From an uncultured Gammaproteobacteria bacterium (GTDB taxonomy: Bacteria; Patescibacteriota; Patescibacteriia; Magasanikbacterales; UBA922), in NCBI GenBank assembly GCA_964344965.1, contig CAYFPJ010000007.1, forward strand, positions 1 to 48,273: a DNA stretch of 48,273 nt, in the 5' to 3' direction. The notes beneath the pieces were generated by a model, which had not been told where the DNA came from, searched no databases, and saw only the letters and a list, made by a program, of their open reading frames with translations. A program made the translations under genes and the position numbers. Positions 40,316 to 48,231 of the stretch are shown one piece after another (positions within the stretch are counted from its first letter, which is position 1; each line of letters begins with the position of its first letter).

Positions 40316-42037
40316 CTATTCTCGAGTAACTCTCAAAACTTCTTCGATAGTAGTGATACCTTGTTTTGCTTTTATTATTCCATCTTGAAGCATGGTCATC
40401 ATTCCTTGTGTCTCGGCCTGTTTTGATATTTCTTGAGCGTTGGCATTGTTGTTTATCTTAGCAGACATTTCTTTGTCTATCTCTAGTACTTCATAGATTC
40501 CGACACGTCCTTTGTAGCCTGTCTCATTGCAAGTGCGACAGCCTGCTCCGCGATAGAAAATCATAGTTCCTACGTTTTTCTCTTTTGGGAGAATGGCAAC
40601 TTTATTTTTTTCAAGTAGCGGTATTATTTTTTTTATACCATTCATCTTTTCTAATTGGGAGACAGCTTTTTTTTCTAGTGTGTATTCTTGTTTGCATTTC
40701 TCACATATTTTTCTTACTAGGCGTTGGGCGACTATTACGTTGGCAGTGAAAGCAACCAAAAAAGGTGGAATTTCCATGTCTATAAGACGGGGTAGAGTGG
40801 TTGGAGCATCATTTGTATGGAGGGTTGACAAAACAAGGTGGCCGGTCATGCTAGCATGGATTGCTATTTCGGCTGTATCCTTGTCGCGGATTTCTCCTAC
40901 CATGATGATGTCTGGATCTTGGCGTAAGAATGCTTTTAGACCTCCCGCAAAATTGAATCCCACCCTTGCATTGACTTGACTTTGGTTGATGCCTTTGACG
41001 TGATATTCGATCGGATCTTCAATGGTACAAATATTTACATCTGGTTGGTTCAGTATTCCAAGCAGAGAGTAGAGGGTTGTGGTTTTACCAGATCCGGTCG
41101 GTCCAGTGACCAGCACCATTCCATGTGGTTTCTCTATGGCTGCCTCTAATTTATTCCTTGGGCCTGGTAAAAATCCAAGATCATCAAGTGACAAAGGTTT
41201 TTGACCTTCTTGCAAGAGGCGCATTACTATTTTTTCACCATCGTAGACTGGCATGATGGAAACACGGAAAGATACTTTATCTTGATGTAATTTGATCTTA
41301 AATCGTCCGTCTTGGGGCACCATGTGTTCGTCTATCTTTAAGTTGGCTAGTATTTTTATTCTGGCAATGATCCCTCTTTGGACATTTTTTGGGAGATTCA
41401 TCATATTGCGCAGTATCCCATCCACTCTGTATCGGACAGTTATTTCTTTTTCGACTGGTTCAATATGAATATCACTGGCTCCTTGATAGACTGCATGTTC
41501 GAGAATGCTTTTTACAATATTTATGATTGGTAGTTCTTCTGCTACCTTTTTCAAATCTGTGCTATTGGATTTTTGTTTGGACTCAATACTCTTGAATGTA
41601 TCTTCTAGACTGGTGTGGTACAAGCGCAGTGCTTTTTTTATTACTGAGGGTTTTGATAAAAATATTTTGGGGGTAAGGCCGGTTTTTCTTCTGATGAATT
41701 CGACTGTTTGGATATCTAGGGGGTCACCCATGGCTAGATGAATTTGGTTGTCTGTTTTTTTGAAGGCAATAATTTGGTGAGTCTCTGCCAAGGGTTGAGG
41801 AATCAATTCATATACTTCTTTGGGGATGTCTTGGGTGTGTATATCCGTTAGCGGTACTTCCATTTCTTTGGCAGCCCAGGTATAAAGAGTTGCTTCCTCA
41901 ATTATTTCTTCGTCTAGCAGATATTGTTCAAGTTCTTTCTCATTTTGTTGAGCTTTTTTGCCAAGAGATTCTTGGTTCTTGACTGATAGGTTGGCAAATT
42001 CTGTCAGATATTTGATCAAAATATTTTTTGGGAGCAT
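40316..42037 (-). CDS. pilB: Type IV pilus assembly ATPase PilB (GspE family)
   Basis: 573 aa with T2SSE N-domain, Walker A GPTGSGKTT, Asp/His boxes, and the tetracysteine motif CEKC..CRTC. Confidence 0.92.
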   Translation of the reverse strand: MLPKNILIKYLTEFANLSVKNQESLGKKAQQNEKELEQYLLDEEIIEEATLYTWAAKEMEVPLTDIHTQDIPKEVYELIPQPLAETHQIIAFKKTDNQIHLAMGDPLDIQTVEFIRRKTGLTPKIFLSKPSVIKKALRLYHTSLEDTFKSIESKQKSNSTDLKKVAEELPIINIVKSILEHAVYQGASDIHIEPVEKEITVRYRVDGILRNMMNLPKNVQRGIIARIKILANLKIDEHMVPQDGRFKIKLHQDKVSFRVSIMPVYDGEKIVMRLLQEGQKPLSLDDLGFLPGPRNKLEAAIEKPHGMVLVTGPTGSGKTTTLYSLLGILNQPDVNICTIEDPIEYHVKGINQSQVNARVGFNFAGGLKAFLRQDPDIIMVGEIRDKDTAEIAIHASMTGHLVLSTLHTNDAPTTLPRLIDMEIPPFLVAFTANVIVAQRLVRKICEKCKQEYTLEKKAVSQLEKMNGIKKIIPLLEKNKVAILPKEKNVGTMIFYRGAGCRTCNETGYKGRVGIYEVLEIDKEMSAKINNNANAQEISKQAETQGMMTMLQDGIIKAKQGITTIEEVLRVTRE

Positions 42038-42394
42038 ATAGTTTCTGATTTTTTGTATGCATTCATAATATCATATTTTGTTCTAGTTTGACAGTTTTTT
42101 TGTCTGGTGTTAACATTAATTTGGGAGTTTTATGGCTCTATATTTTTTTACAATTTTTTAAATTTGCTAATGATACAGATTGATTTTTATGACTATCTGA
42201 ACGGAGCTATTTTTTTGCTGTGAAATTCGTCTCAAGAATAATTTACTTCAGACAAAAAAATTGATTTATATCATTCGTACATCAATAATTTATGAAAAAA
42301 ATTTTATTTCTCCAAACCAGAACAAACAAAAGTCTAGAGCACGAGAGAGTGTGTTAGACGTCTGTGGCCAGAGTATGTTGATGATATTCAGTTT

Positions 42395-43039
42395 GTGAAT
42401 TTGCTCAATGATGAAGTGGTGCCAGATTTGGACAATGTCAGAGCGATAATTATGGGTGGTAGCGGTGAGGTTCATCTGAATGAGGATCACTCCAGAGAAA
42501 CTTGGTTTTTGGTGGCTAGCAATCTCATGAACGAAGTAATCAAAAGGGAGATCCCTATGCTTGGAATTTGTTTTGGTTTTCAATTCATTGCTCTCCATCA
42601 AGGTGCCAAGGTTGTACTAAGAGAAGGTTGTGATGAGGTGGGGTCATTTGCAATTACCAATTTTCCTGCTGCCAAGGAGGATCCTTTATTCAAAAATTTG
42701 CCAGATACATATATAGTCCAAGAAGGTCACAATTTGGTAGTGGAAGATTTGCCAGATCATTTAGAATTGTTAGCCAGATCAGAGAGAGTGCCAATTCAGG
42801 CTTTCAAGATGAAGGGTAAGCCAGTCTGGGGCGTGTTATTTCATGTGGAGCTCGATAAGAGAGGGACTGAGGAGAGGGTGAATTTGTATGATGATGACGA
42901 TTATGACTATACAGGAGGGGTCGGGCCTGGCAGTGACCTGCTTAAGGAATCTCCTGAGGCGAACAAATTGTTGGGTGATTTTTTGGAGTATGCTTTTCGT
43001 CAGGAGGAGATCTTGGCTGGTCAGAAGAGTAATGTGTAA
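42395..43039 (+). CDS. Class I glutamine amidotransferase-like protein; the 5' end appears frameshifted (N-terminal piece starts at 42292)
   Basis: Nucleophile elbow MLGICFGFQ and FHVE. MKKILFLQTRTNKSLEHER is in another frame upstream and looks like the true N-terminus. Confidence 0.75.
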   Translation: MNLLNDEVVPDLDNVRAIIMGGSGEVHLNEDHSRETWFLVASNLMNEVIKREIPMLGICFGFQFIALHQGAKVVLREGCDEVGSFAITNFPAAKEDPLFKNLPDTYIVQEGHNLVVEDLPDHLELLARSERVPIQAFKMKGKPVWGVLFHVELDKRGTEERVNLYDDDDYDYTGGVGPGSDLLKESPEANKLLGDFLEYAFRQEEILAGQKSNV

Positions 43040-43053
43040 AATAAAATTATTTT

Positions 43054-43201
43054 TTAAATCTTTAAGCGGTTTTATTCCTCGATGCTTGCATCGAAAAAGT
43101 GAAAACTAACATTGGTTGAAATAAGATTTTCTGCCAATACCCCGCAGCTTGCTGCGGGGATGGCCCGATGAAGTCTTACTTAAACCAAATTTACTTTTAT
43201 T
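43054..43201 (+). mobile_element. 148-nt MITE-like repeat, copy 4
   Basis: Identical to copy 1; lies 15 nt after the GATase stop. Confidence 0.85.
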
Positions 43202-43286
43202 AAGCTAGATATTTTGTTCTAGCTTATTTGATTTAAGTTTCAAATTATTATAATATATGAGAGTTATAATATAATTTTATCTAATT

Positions 43287-45164
43287 ATGGGAAAAAATGA
43301 AGTGGGCACATCTGGTTACAAACCGGTGGAAAATCCTGACCTTATCCCAGCAATACGTAGAGATTTTAATCTTGATGAAGAGGCTCGATTAGATGGCTTA
43401 CGAAAATTGTTGGAAATTGATTCTGATCTCTTGGCTGACAGGCACGAAAATCCTGCTACAGAAGTGTTTTTTTCTGGTTTTTCACTTGATGAGGAGGAGT
43501 TGGCAAAAATTGACGGGATAGAACATTATGAGACTAGGACATTGTATAAGATAGGTCAATTGGCCAAGGATCCCAATCTGAGATTGGTCATCGTGACCAG
43601 AAAGATACCAGATCAGAGAATTATTGATTTTTACTTGAATAGATTTGTTGATGAAAGTAGTAATGATATTAGTCTGGAAGATGTAAAGGAAAGACTTACT
43701 TTTATAGAAGCCAAAGAGAAAACTTTAAAACTAGATATAGGTGCTCCAGCAGGTGACCTTGGAGCGGAACCAAAAACAGTGGTGCATAGTACTGGAAAAA
43801 GGATAGACAGTACTACTAAAATTGCTGTTAGTAATGAAGCAACACTTTTCGATATTAGACAAGAGTTGAACAAGACAGGGGGTCGAGGTGTGATCCGTTG
43901 TTTTAATAGCAGTCCTCATGAGGTGGAAGCAGCATTGAAACTTGATGTGCCTCTCTATGCTCCAGATGCAAAAACAGTCAAAGAAGTGAACGGAAAATCG
44001 CATGGTCGAGTATTTTTTCGAGAAGCTGGAGTACCTTTGGCAGAAGGTAGAGAATATATCCGTACTCATCAAGAGATGTTTAAGACATTGTTTATTCTGG
44101 CCGAAAAAGGACATCGATCTGCTGTAATAAAATTAGAAGATAGTTTTTCTGGAGAAGGTAATTTGAAGATTGATTTAGCAAAGATGAAGAAAGAATTTCT
44201 TTTGGATCAAAAGGAAGGAGAGGGAATGAAGTTTAGTGTTGATGGAGCATTGGCCGTAGGTAAAACAGAGGATTTATTGGAAATTTTGAGTAGAGTTGTA
44301 ACCCAGCATCCAAAGGGTGTAGAACCTGGGGTAATCTTGGAAAAGTTTGCAGAAATTGGTGGTATTGTGGAGGCCTGGGTCAGCACACCCGAAGATGAAG
44401 AGCCAAGAGAGAGAAGGGGGAGAAAAACAAGCCCTAGTGTACAGATGGAAATTTTACCTGGCAGTGGTGATGATAAGATAAAAATTATCTCTTCTCATGA
44501 ACAGATTTTGGATGGGCAAACATATCAAGGGGCTTCTTTCCCAGCCGAACGTAATTATATCGGCAGTATTGTCAGTGCCGCCAAAAAAGCGGGAAAGAAA
44601 TTACAAGAGGCTGGTGTACTGGGACGAGTGGCAGCTGATTTTATAGTTACTTTTCAGGAAGAAAAAAATGATTGGGAAGGTGAAGAAATATGGCAAATTG
44701 ATAGTCGCACTGTCGAAGTGTATGGGGTAGAATTCAATATTCGTAAAGGTGGGACTACTCACCCTTATGAAGTAACCAAATTACTTACTGATGGAAAAAG
44801 AGATAAGGATGGTAAATTGAAAGACAGGCATGGAAGAGAAATATTTTATATAGCTACAGATAATATTAAGAAAGAAAGATTGAAAGGTGTGGATATAGGA
44901 AAGTTTTTAGAATTTTTGGATAGTACTGGATTGCTTTTTGATGAAGAAACAAACCAAGGTATCATGCCGCATCTAATGTCAGCAATACCAGAATATGGAA
45001 AGTTTGGCTTCACTGCCATAGCTCATTCTCATGAAGAAGCTAGGATTATATATGATAATTTTATGTATAAGGTAAACACAAAGTGGGAGGATAGGAGAGG
45101 AAAGGGGCAGGACGGAGTAAGAGAACCTGATAAAAGAAAAAGAAGAACTAGGACAAAGAAGTAG
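43287..45164 (+). CDS. ATP-grasp-type ligase-like protein (resembles PGM1-type peptide ligases) with a basic C-terminal tail
   Basis: 625 aa. EFNIRKGGTTHPY and the overall layout recall pre-ATP-grasp + ATP-grasp ligases. This assignment is from memory and is weak. Confidence 0.4.
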   Translation: MGKNEVGTSGYKPVENPDLIPAIRRDFNLDEEARLDGLRKLLEIDSDLLADRHENPATEVFFSGFSLDEEELAKIDGIEHYETRTLYKIGQLAKDPNLRLVIVTRKIPDQRIIDFYLNRFVDESSNDISLEDVKERLTFIEAKEKTLKLDIGAPAGDLGAEPKTVVHSTGKRIDSTTKIAVSNEATLFDIRQELNKTGGRGVIRCFNSSPHEVEAALKLDVPLYAPDAKTVKEVNGKSHGRVFFREAGVPLAEGREYIRTHQEMFKTLFILAEKGHRSAVIKLEDSFSGEGNLKIDLAKMKKEFLLDQKEGEGMKFSVDGALAVGKTEDLLEILSRVVTQHPKGVEPGVILEKFAEIGGIVEAWVSTPEDEEPRERRGRKTSPSVQMEILPGSGDDKIKIISSHEQILDGQTYQGASFPAERNYIGSIVSAAKKAGKKLQEAGVLGRVAADFIVTFQEEKNDWEGEEIWQIDSRTVEVYGVEFNIRKGGTTHPYEVTKLLTDGKRDKDGKLKDRHGREIFYIATDNIKKERLKGVDIGKFLEFLDSTGLLFDEETNQGIMPHLMSAIPEYGKFGFTAIAHSHEEARIIYDNFMYKVNTKWEDRRGKGQDGVREPDKRKRRTRTKK

Positions 45165-45195
45165 TAGTAGACAGAGAAGGGGTAGTTTTCAAAAA

Positions 45196-45221
45196 ACCAA
45201 TGTATCAACATTGGTTTTTTG
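45196..45221 (+). terminator. Rho-independent terminator
   Basis: accaatgt-atca-acattggt followed by tttttg. Confidence 0.75.
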
Positions 45222-45280
45222 TTCCAAAATATCCTCAAAATAAACCAATCCTTTATTCCAACCATATTTTTGGCTCTATA

Positions 45281-45309
45281 TTGACAAATTTTTCATCACC
45301 TGATATATT
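45281..45309 (+). promoter_or_regulatory. Sigma70 promoter upstream of the rpsF operon leader
   Basis: TTGACA (45281-45286), 17-nt spacer, TATATT (45304-45309). Confidence 0.6.
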
Positions 45310-45588
45310 ACTCAAGCTCTAAAATGAGTTTATCAGCGCAACTTTACCAGCTTACAGGTCGATCGTAAGCGTGGAGGATGGTAAATAGATAACAAACCCA
45401 AACACAGGCGAAACACTTTTTTTCTTATAATCAAGGGTATTAATCCCAGGGTAATTCCTGGACCGACCTTTCTGAGACAGGTCTAGGTGAATTAGGCAGA
45501 TCTCTTGTCCCGTACCGAGGGACGAGGTCGGGATTAAAGAAAAAATAGCTAAGTATTTGCTAGTCTGTGGTAGACAAATTAAATAATT
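45310..45588 (+). promoter_or_regulatory. Long (~280 nt) structured 5' leader of rpsF-ssb-rpsR
   Basis: Several local stems: gcttac/gtaagc, ttacc/ggtaa, ccagg/cctgg, ccgacct/aggtcgg enclosing gtccc/gggac. No ORF. Confidence 0.4.
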
Positions 45589-46227
45589 ATGAAAAATTAC
45601 GAATTACTTTGTATTCTGCCTGGGACAATGACTGAAGAAGAAGTCATGAGTCAGGTGGAAGAAGCAAAAAAATTAATCGAAGAAAAAGGTGGGACAAATA
45701 TAGTTCACCAAGATAAAGGCAAGAGCCGTCTTGCTTATCCAATCCGCCACATCCGTTATGGATACTTCCACCTTATCCAGTTCGAAGCTGAGACAAGCGT
45801 GATTGATCCACTTAGAAAAGTATTGAACCTCAACCGTGAATTGCTCCGCTCAATTATCACTGCCTATGATCCAGTGCGTCGTGCAGAGAGGGACAAGCAA
45901 TTCACAGGTAGAATAAAGACAATTTCTACTTTTTCGAGTATTCATGATCGTCCAGCCCAGCCAACCAGAATAGAAGATGGGGGTGCTACAGGCATGAAGA
46001 ATATTCCGGCAGCACCTGTCAAGTCGGCAGCAAAACCAGCACCTGTTGAAAAAGCCAAAGAGACAAAAGAAGACGAAATCGCAAGTAATGTGGAAGACGA
46101 AGAGAAGACTGCGGAAGTTGAAGACATGGAGGAACTGAAATCAGAAGAAAAGAAAGAGGAAATTAAGATTGATGATATTGATAAGAAGTTGGATGAACTT
46201 CTGGAAAAAGATTTAGATAAAATTTAA
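45589..46227 (+). CDS. rpsF: 30S ribosomal protein S6 with ~100-aa K/E-rich C-terminal extension
   Basis: MKNYELLCILPG...SRLAYPIRHIRYGYFHLIQFEA, with rpsF-ssb-rpsR synteny. Confidence 0.88.
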   Translation: MKNYELLCILPGTMTEEEVMSQVEEAKKLIEEKGGTNIVHQDKGKSRLAYPIRHIRYGYFHLIQFEAETSVIDPLRKVLNLNRELLRSIITAYDPVRRAERDKQFTGRIKTISTFSSIHDRPAQPTRIEDGGATGMKNIPAAPVKSAAKPAPVEKAKETKEDEIASNVEDEEKTAEVEDMEELKSEEKKEEIKIDDIDKKLDELLEKDLDKI

Positions 46228-46253
46228 TTACTTTTATTTGCCAAACTCCCCTC

Positions 46254-46330
46254 AATTCTTTTTACTTTTTTGATGAACCAAAATCAGATAGTCGCAGACT
46301 GTTGGTTTCATAAAAAAAGTAAAAAGAATT
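46254..46330 (+). other. 77-nt AT-rich hairpin in the rpsF-ssb spacer
   Basis: aattctttttactttttt (46254-46271) pairs with aaaaaagtaaaaagaatt (46313-46330), 18 bp perfect, extended by gatgaaccaa / ttggtttcat. Confidence 0.6.
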
Positions 46331-46385
46331 GATATTTGGGAGCTTGAACAATTTAAAGTAATAGTTATTCTTAAACTTATCTTCT

Positions 46386-46826
46386 ATGGATCTCAATCGA
46401 GCTACCATACTAGGTAGATTGACACGCGACCCAGAAGTCCGTACTACAACTACGGGCAAGACTGTGGCCAGCATGGCAGTCGCCACCAATAGAGTATGGA
46501 CCAATCAATCTGGCGAAAAACAAGAATTTGTCGAATACCATGACTGTGTGTTGTGGGGCAAGATCGGTGAAATCGCCGGACAATACCTAAGTAAAGGTAG
46601 ACGAGTTTATCTAGAGGGGAGATTACAAACCCGCGATTGGGTAGGCAATGATGGTGTGAAAAGATATCGCACTGAGATCATCGTCGACAATATGATTATG
46701 CTCGATGGTCCTCGTAATTCCGGGGCACCTGCCCAAGGTCAGAGTTCTACTAGTGATGATACTCCCCCACCTCCAACAGATGATGCCGGAGCAGGAGAGA
46801 TCAAAGTGGAAGATATTCCATTCTAA
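46386..46826 (+). CDS. ssb: Single-stranded DNA-binding protein
   Basis: OB-fold N-terminus (NRATILGRLTRDPEVRTT..) and an acidic tail ending DIPF. Confidence 0.92.
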   Translation: MDLNRATILGRLTRDPEVRTTTTGKTVASMAVATNRVWTNQSGEKQEFVEYHDCVLWGKIGEIAGQYLSKGRRVYLEGRLQTRDWVGNDGVKRYRTEIIVDNMIMLDGPRNSGAPAQGQSSTSDDTPPPPTDDAGAGEIKVEDIPF

Positions 46827-46831
46827 TTTAT

Positions 46832-47059
46832 ATGCCGCATAAAAAGAATCAAAAAACTGATAAACAATGCTATTTCTGTCTGAATAACATTGTGGAGATC
46901 GACTACAAGGATGTGCAAACTCTTCGTCGTTTTGTCTCTTCATATATGAAGATCGCACCACGAAGAAGAAGTGGTCTATGTGCTGGTCATCAACGCAAAG
47001 TTGCTCGCGCTATCAAGCAATCTCGTATTGCTGGGTTGATGGCTTTTGTGCCGAAGTAA
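46832..47059 (+). CDS. rpsR: 30S ribosomal protein S18
   Basis: CYFC....IDYKDVQTLRRFVS...I.PRRRSGLCAGHQRKVARAIKQSRIAGLM. Confidence 0.92.
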   Translation: MPHKKNQKTDKQCYFCLNNIVEIDYKDVQTLRRFVSSYMKIAPRRRSGLCAGHQRKVARAIKQSRIAGLMAFVPK

Positions 47060-47067
47060 TTGGTCCA

Positions 47068-47114
47068 CAGACTACCTGCCTGCCGGCAGGCACGGCGGTA
47101 GACAGACTACAGAC
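47068..47114. repeat. GC-rich palindrome with flanking cagactac direct repeats
   Basis: tgcctgccggcaggca (47077-47092) is a 16-nt perfect palindrome. cagactac occurs at 47068 and 47103. Confidence 0.6.
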
Positions 47115-47127
47115 TTAAAAAATAAAA

Positions 47128-47155
47128 AACTCTCCATATTTGGAGAGTTTTTTGT
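47128..47155 (+). terminator. Rho-independent terminator after rpsR
   Basis: aactctcc-atattt-ggagagtt followed by ttttg. Confidence 0.75.
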
Positions 47156-47201
47156 ATTCCTTCATTTCAAATACAGTTTTGTATATGTATGAGAAATTGT
47201 T

Positions 47202-47275
47202 ATCCTGAGCGCAGCGAAGGATCTTTCTTGTGGAGGATATCTTCCTTGCTAAAGATCCTTCGCTGCGCTCAGGAT
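47202..47275. repeat. 25-bp perfect inverted repeat (word-type palindrome)
   Basis: atcctgagcgcagcgaaggatcttt (47202-47226) pairs with aaagatccttcgctgcgctcaggat (47251-47275). Confidence 0.8.
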
Positions 47276-47309
47276 GACAGGGTTAAAAACATTCTATAAT
47301 ATTTTATTA

Positions 47310-47603
47310 TCAGATATTCAAAAAAACTATTATCACAATTTGCACTGCCAAAATTACAGCCACTCCAGCCTGAAAAGACATTTTTTTAGTCTTGTGCCGG
47401 AAAAAGGACATGCCAACAAGGGCACCGACTGATCCGCCAACTAGTGCCAGTACCCAGAGAGTCTTCTCACTCACTCTTCTTTTTTGGAGCTGAGATTTCA
47501 TCTTATCTATTCCAAAATAAAAAAAAGTAATCAAATTTATCAATAGTAAGTAGATGACAGCAATCTGCCAAAATAATGTGAGATTGGCGAACCAAGTGAG
47601 CAT
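47310..47603 (-). CDS. DUF1294 family membrane protein
   Basis: FYFGIDKMKSQLQKRRVSEKTLWVLALVGGSVGALVGMSFFRHKTKK matches the DUF1294 core. Confidence 0.65.
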   Translation of the reverse strand: MLTWFANLTLFWQIAVIYLLLINLITFFYFGIDKMKSQLQKRRVSEKTLWVLALVGGSVGALVGMSFFRHKTKKMSFQAGVAVILAVQIVIIVFLNI

Positions 47604-47605
47604 AG

Positions 47606-48157
47606 TTATTCGTTTATGGCGGTATTCATGTGGTATTTGCGATCTTCATCTGCAAAGTGTATTAGGTCTTCTCGCACTTTGTTTGGCTCTGAAACATTTT
47701 TGAAAATAATATCTGTGTTGATCGATGCTGTCTTGATGTGAATTCTTCCATAATTGAAAATAGTAGAGAAGAACCCCCTCATTTCTACAGTGACGTCCTG
47801 GATTCTGAACAAATCTAATTCTGTAGTGGTTCTAGAAAATAGACCATGCTGTTCGATATCTATTATTCTGTCATTGGTCACTATCCATACATCTAGGTAG
47901 TAGTCTAAGAAACGAACATAAAAGAATAAGTACATGCTAAGCATATAAGTACTACCAATCAAGACTGAAATCGGATAAGCAAGAGGTCCTTGGAAAAATG
48001 TTGGGAAAAGATTTTCAACCAAAAAATAAAGTGCTACCGGCACCAAGAATAAAACCAAAGACAGAAAAATAATCGGAATAAAAGTAATTGGGTGTCTTCG
48101 TAGACGATAGATTACCTTTTCGTATGATTTTTGTTTGATGAGTTCTGCGAGATGCAT
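47606..48157 (-). CDS. Membrane protein with bacterial PH (YdbT/DUF304-like) domain
   Basis: Two N-terminal TM segments, then ...DRIIDIEQHGLFSRTTTELDLFRIQDVTVEM.. Confidence 0.5.
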   Translation of the reverse strand: MHLAELIKQKSYEKVIYRLRRHPITFIPIIFLSLVLFLVPVALYFLVENLFPTFFQGPLAYPISVLIGSTYMLSMYLFFYVRFLDYYLDVWIVTNDRIIDIEQHGLFSRTTTELDLFRIQDVTVEMRGFFSTIFNYGRIHIKTASINTDIIFKNVSEPNKVREDLIHFADEDRKYHMNTAINE

Positions 48158-48231
48158 AGGAGCACTAATTTTAACACCAATTTACACGAATATTTTTTTG
48201 GAATTAAGATAAATTTTGTTCAATGACTTGA

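Noticed and set aside
42290-42601. 103-aa minus-strand ORF.
   Set aside because: It is antisense to the GATase gene, which has clear catalytic motifs.
26120-43201. The 148-nt identical repeats as a CRISPR-like array.
   Set aside because: The copies are 3.5-6.7 kb apart with ordinary genes between them. One copy is inverted, and there are no cas genes.
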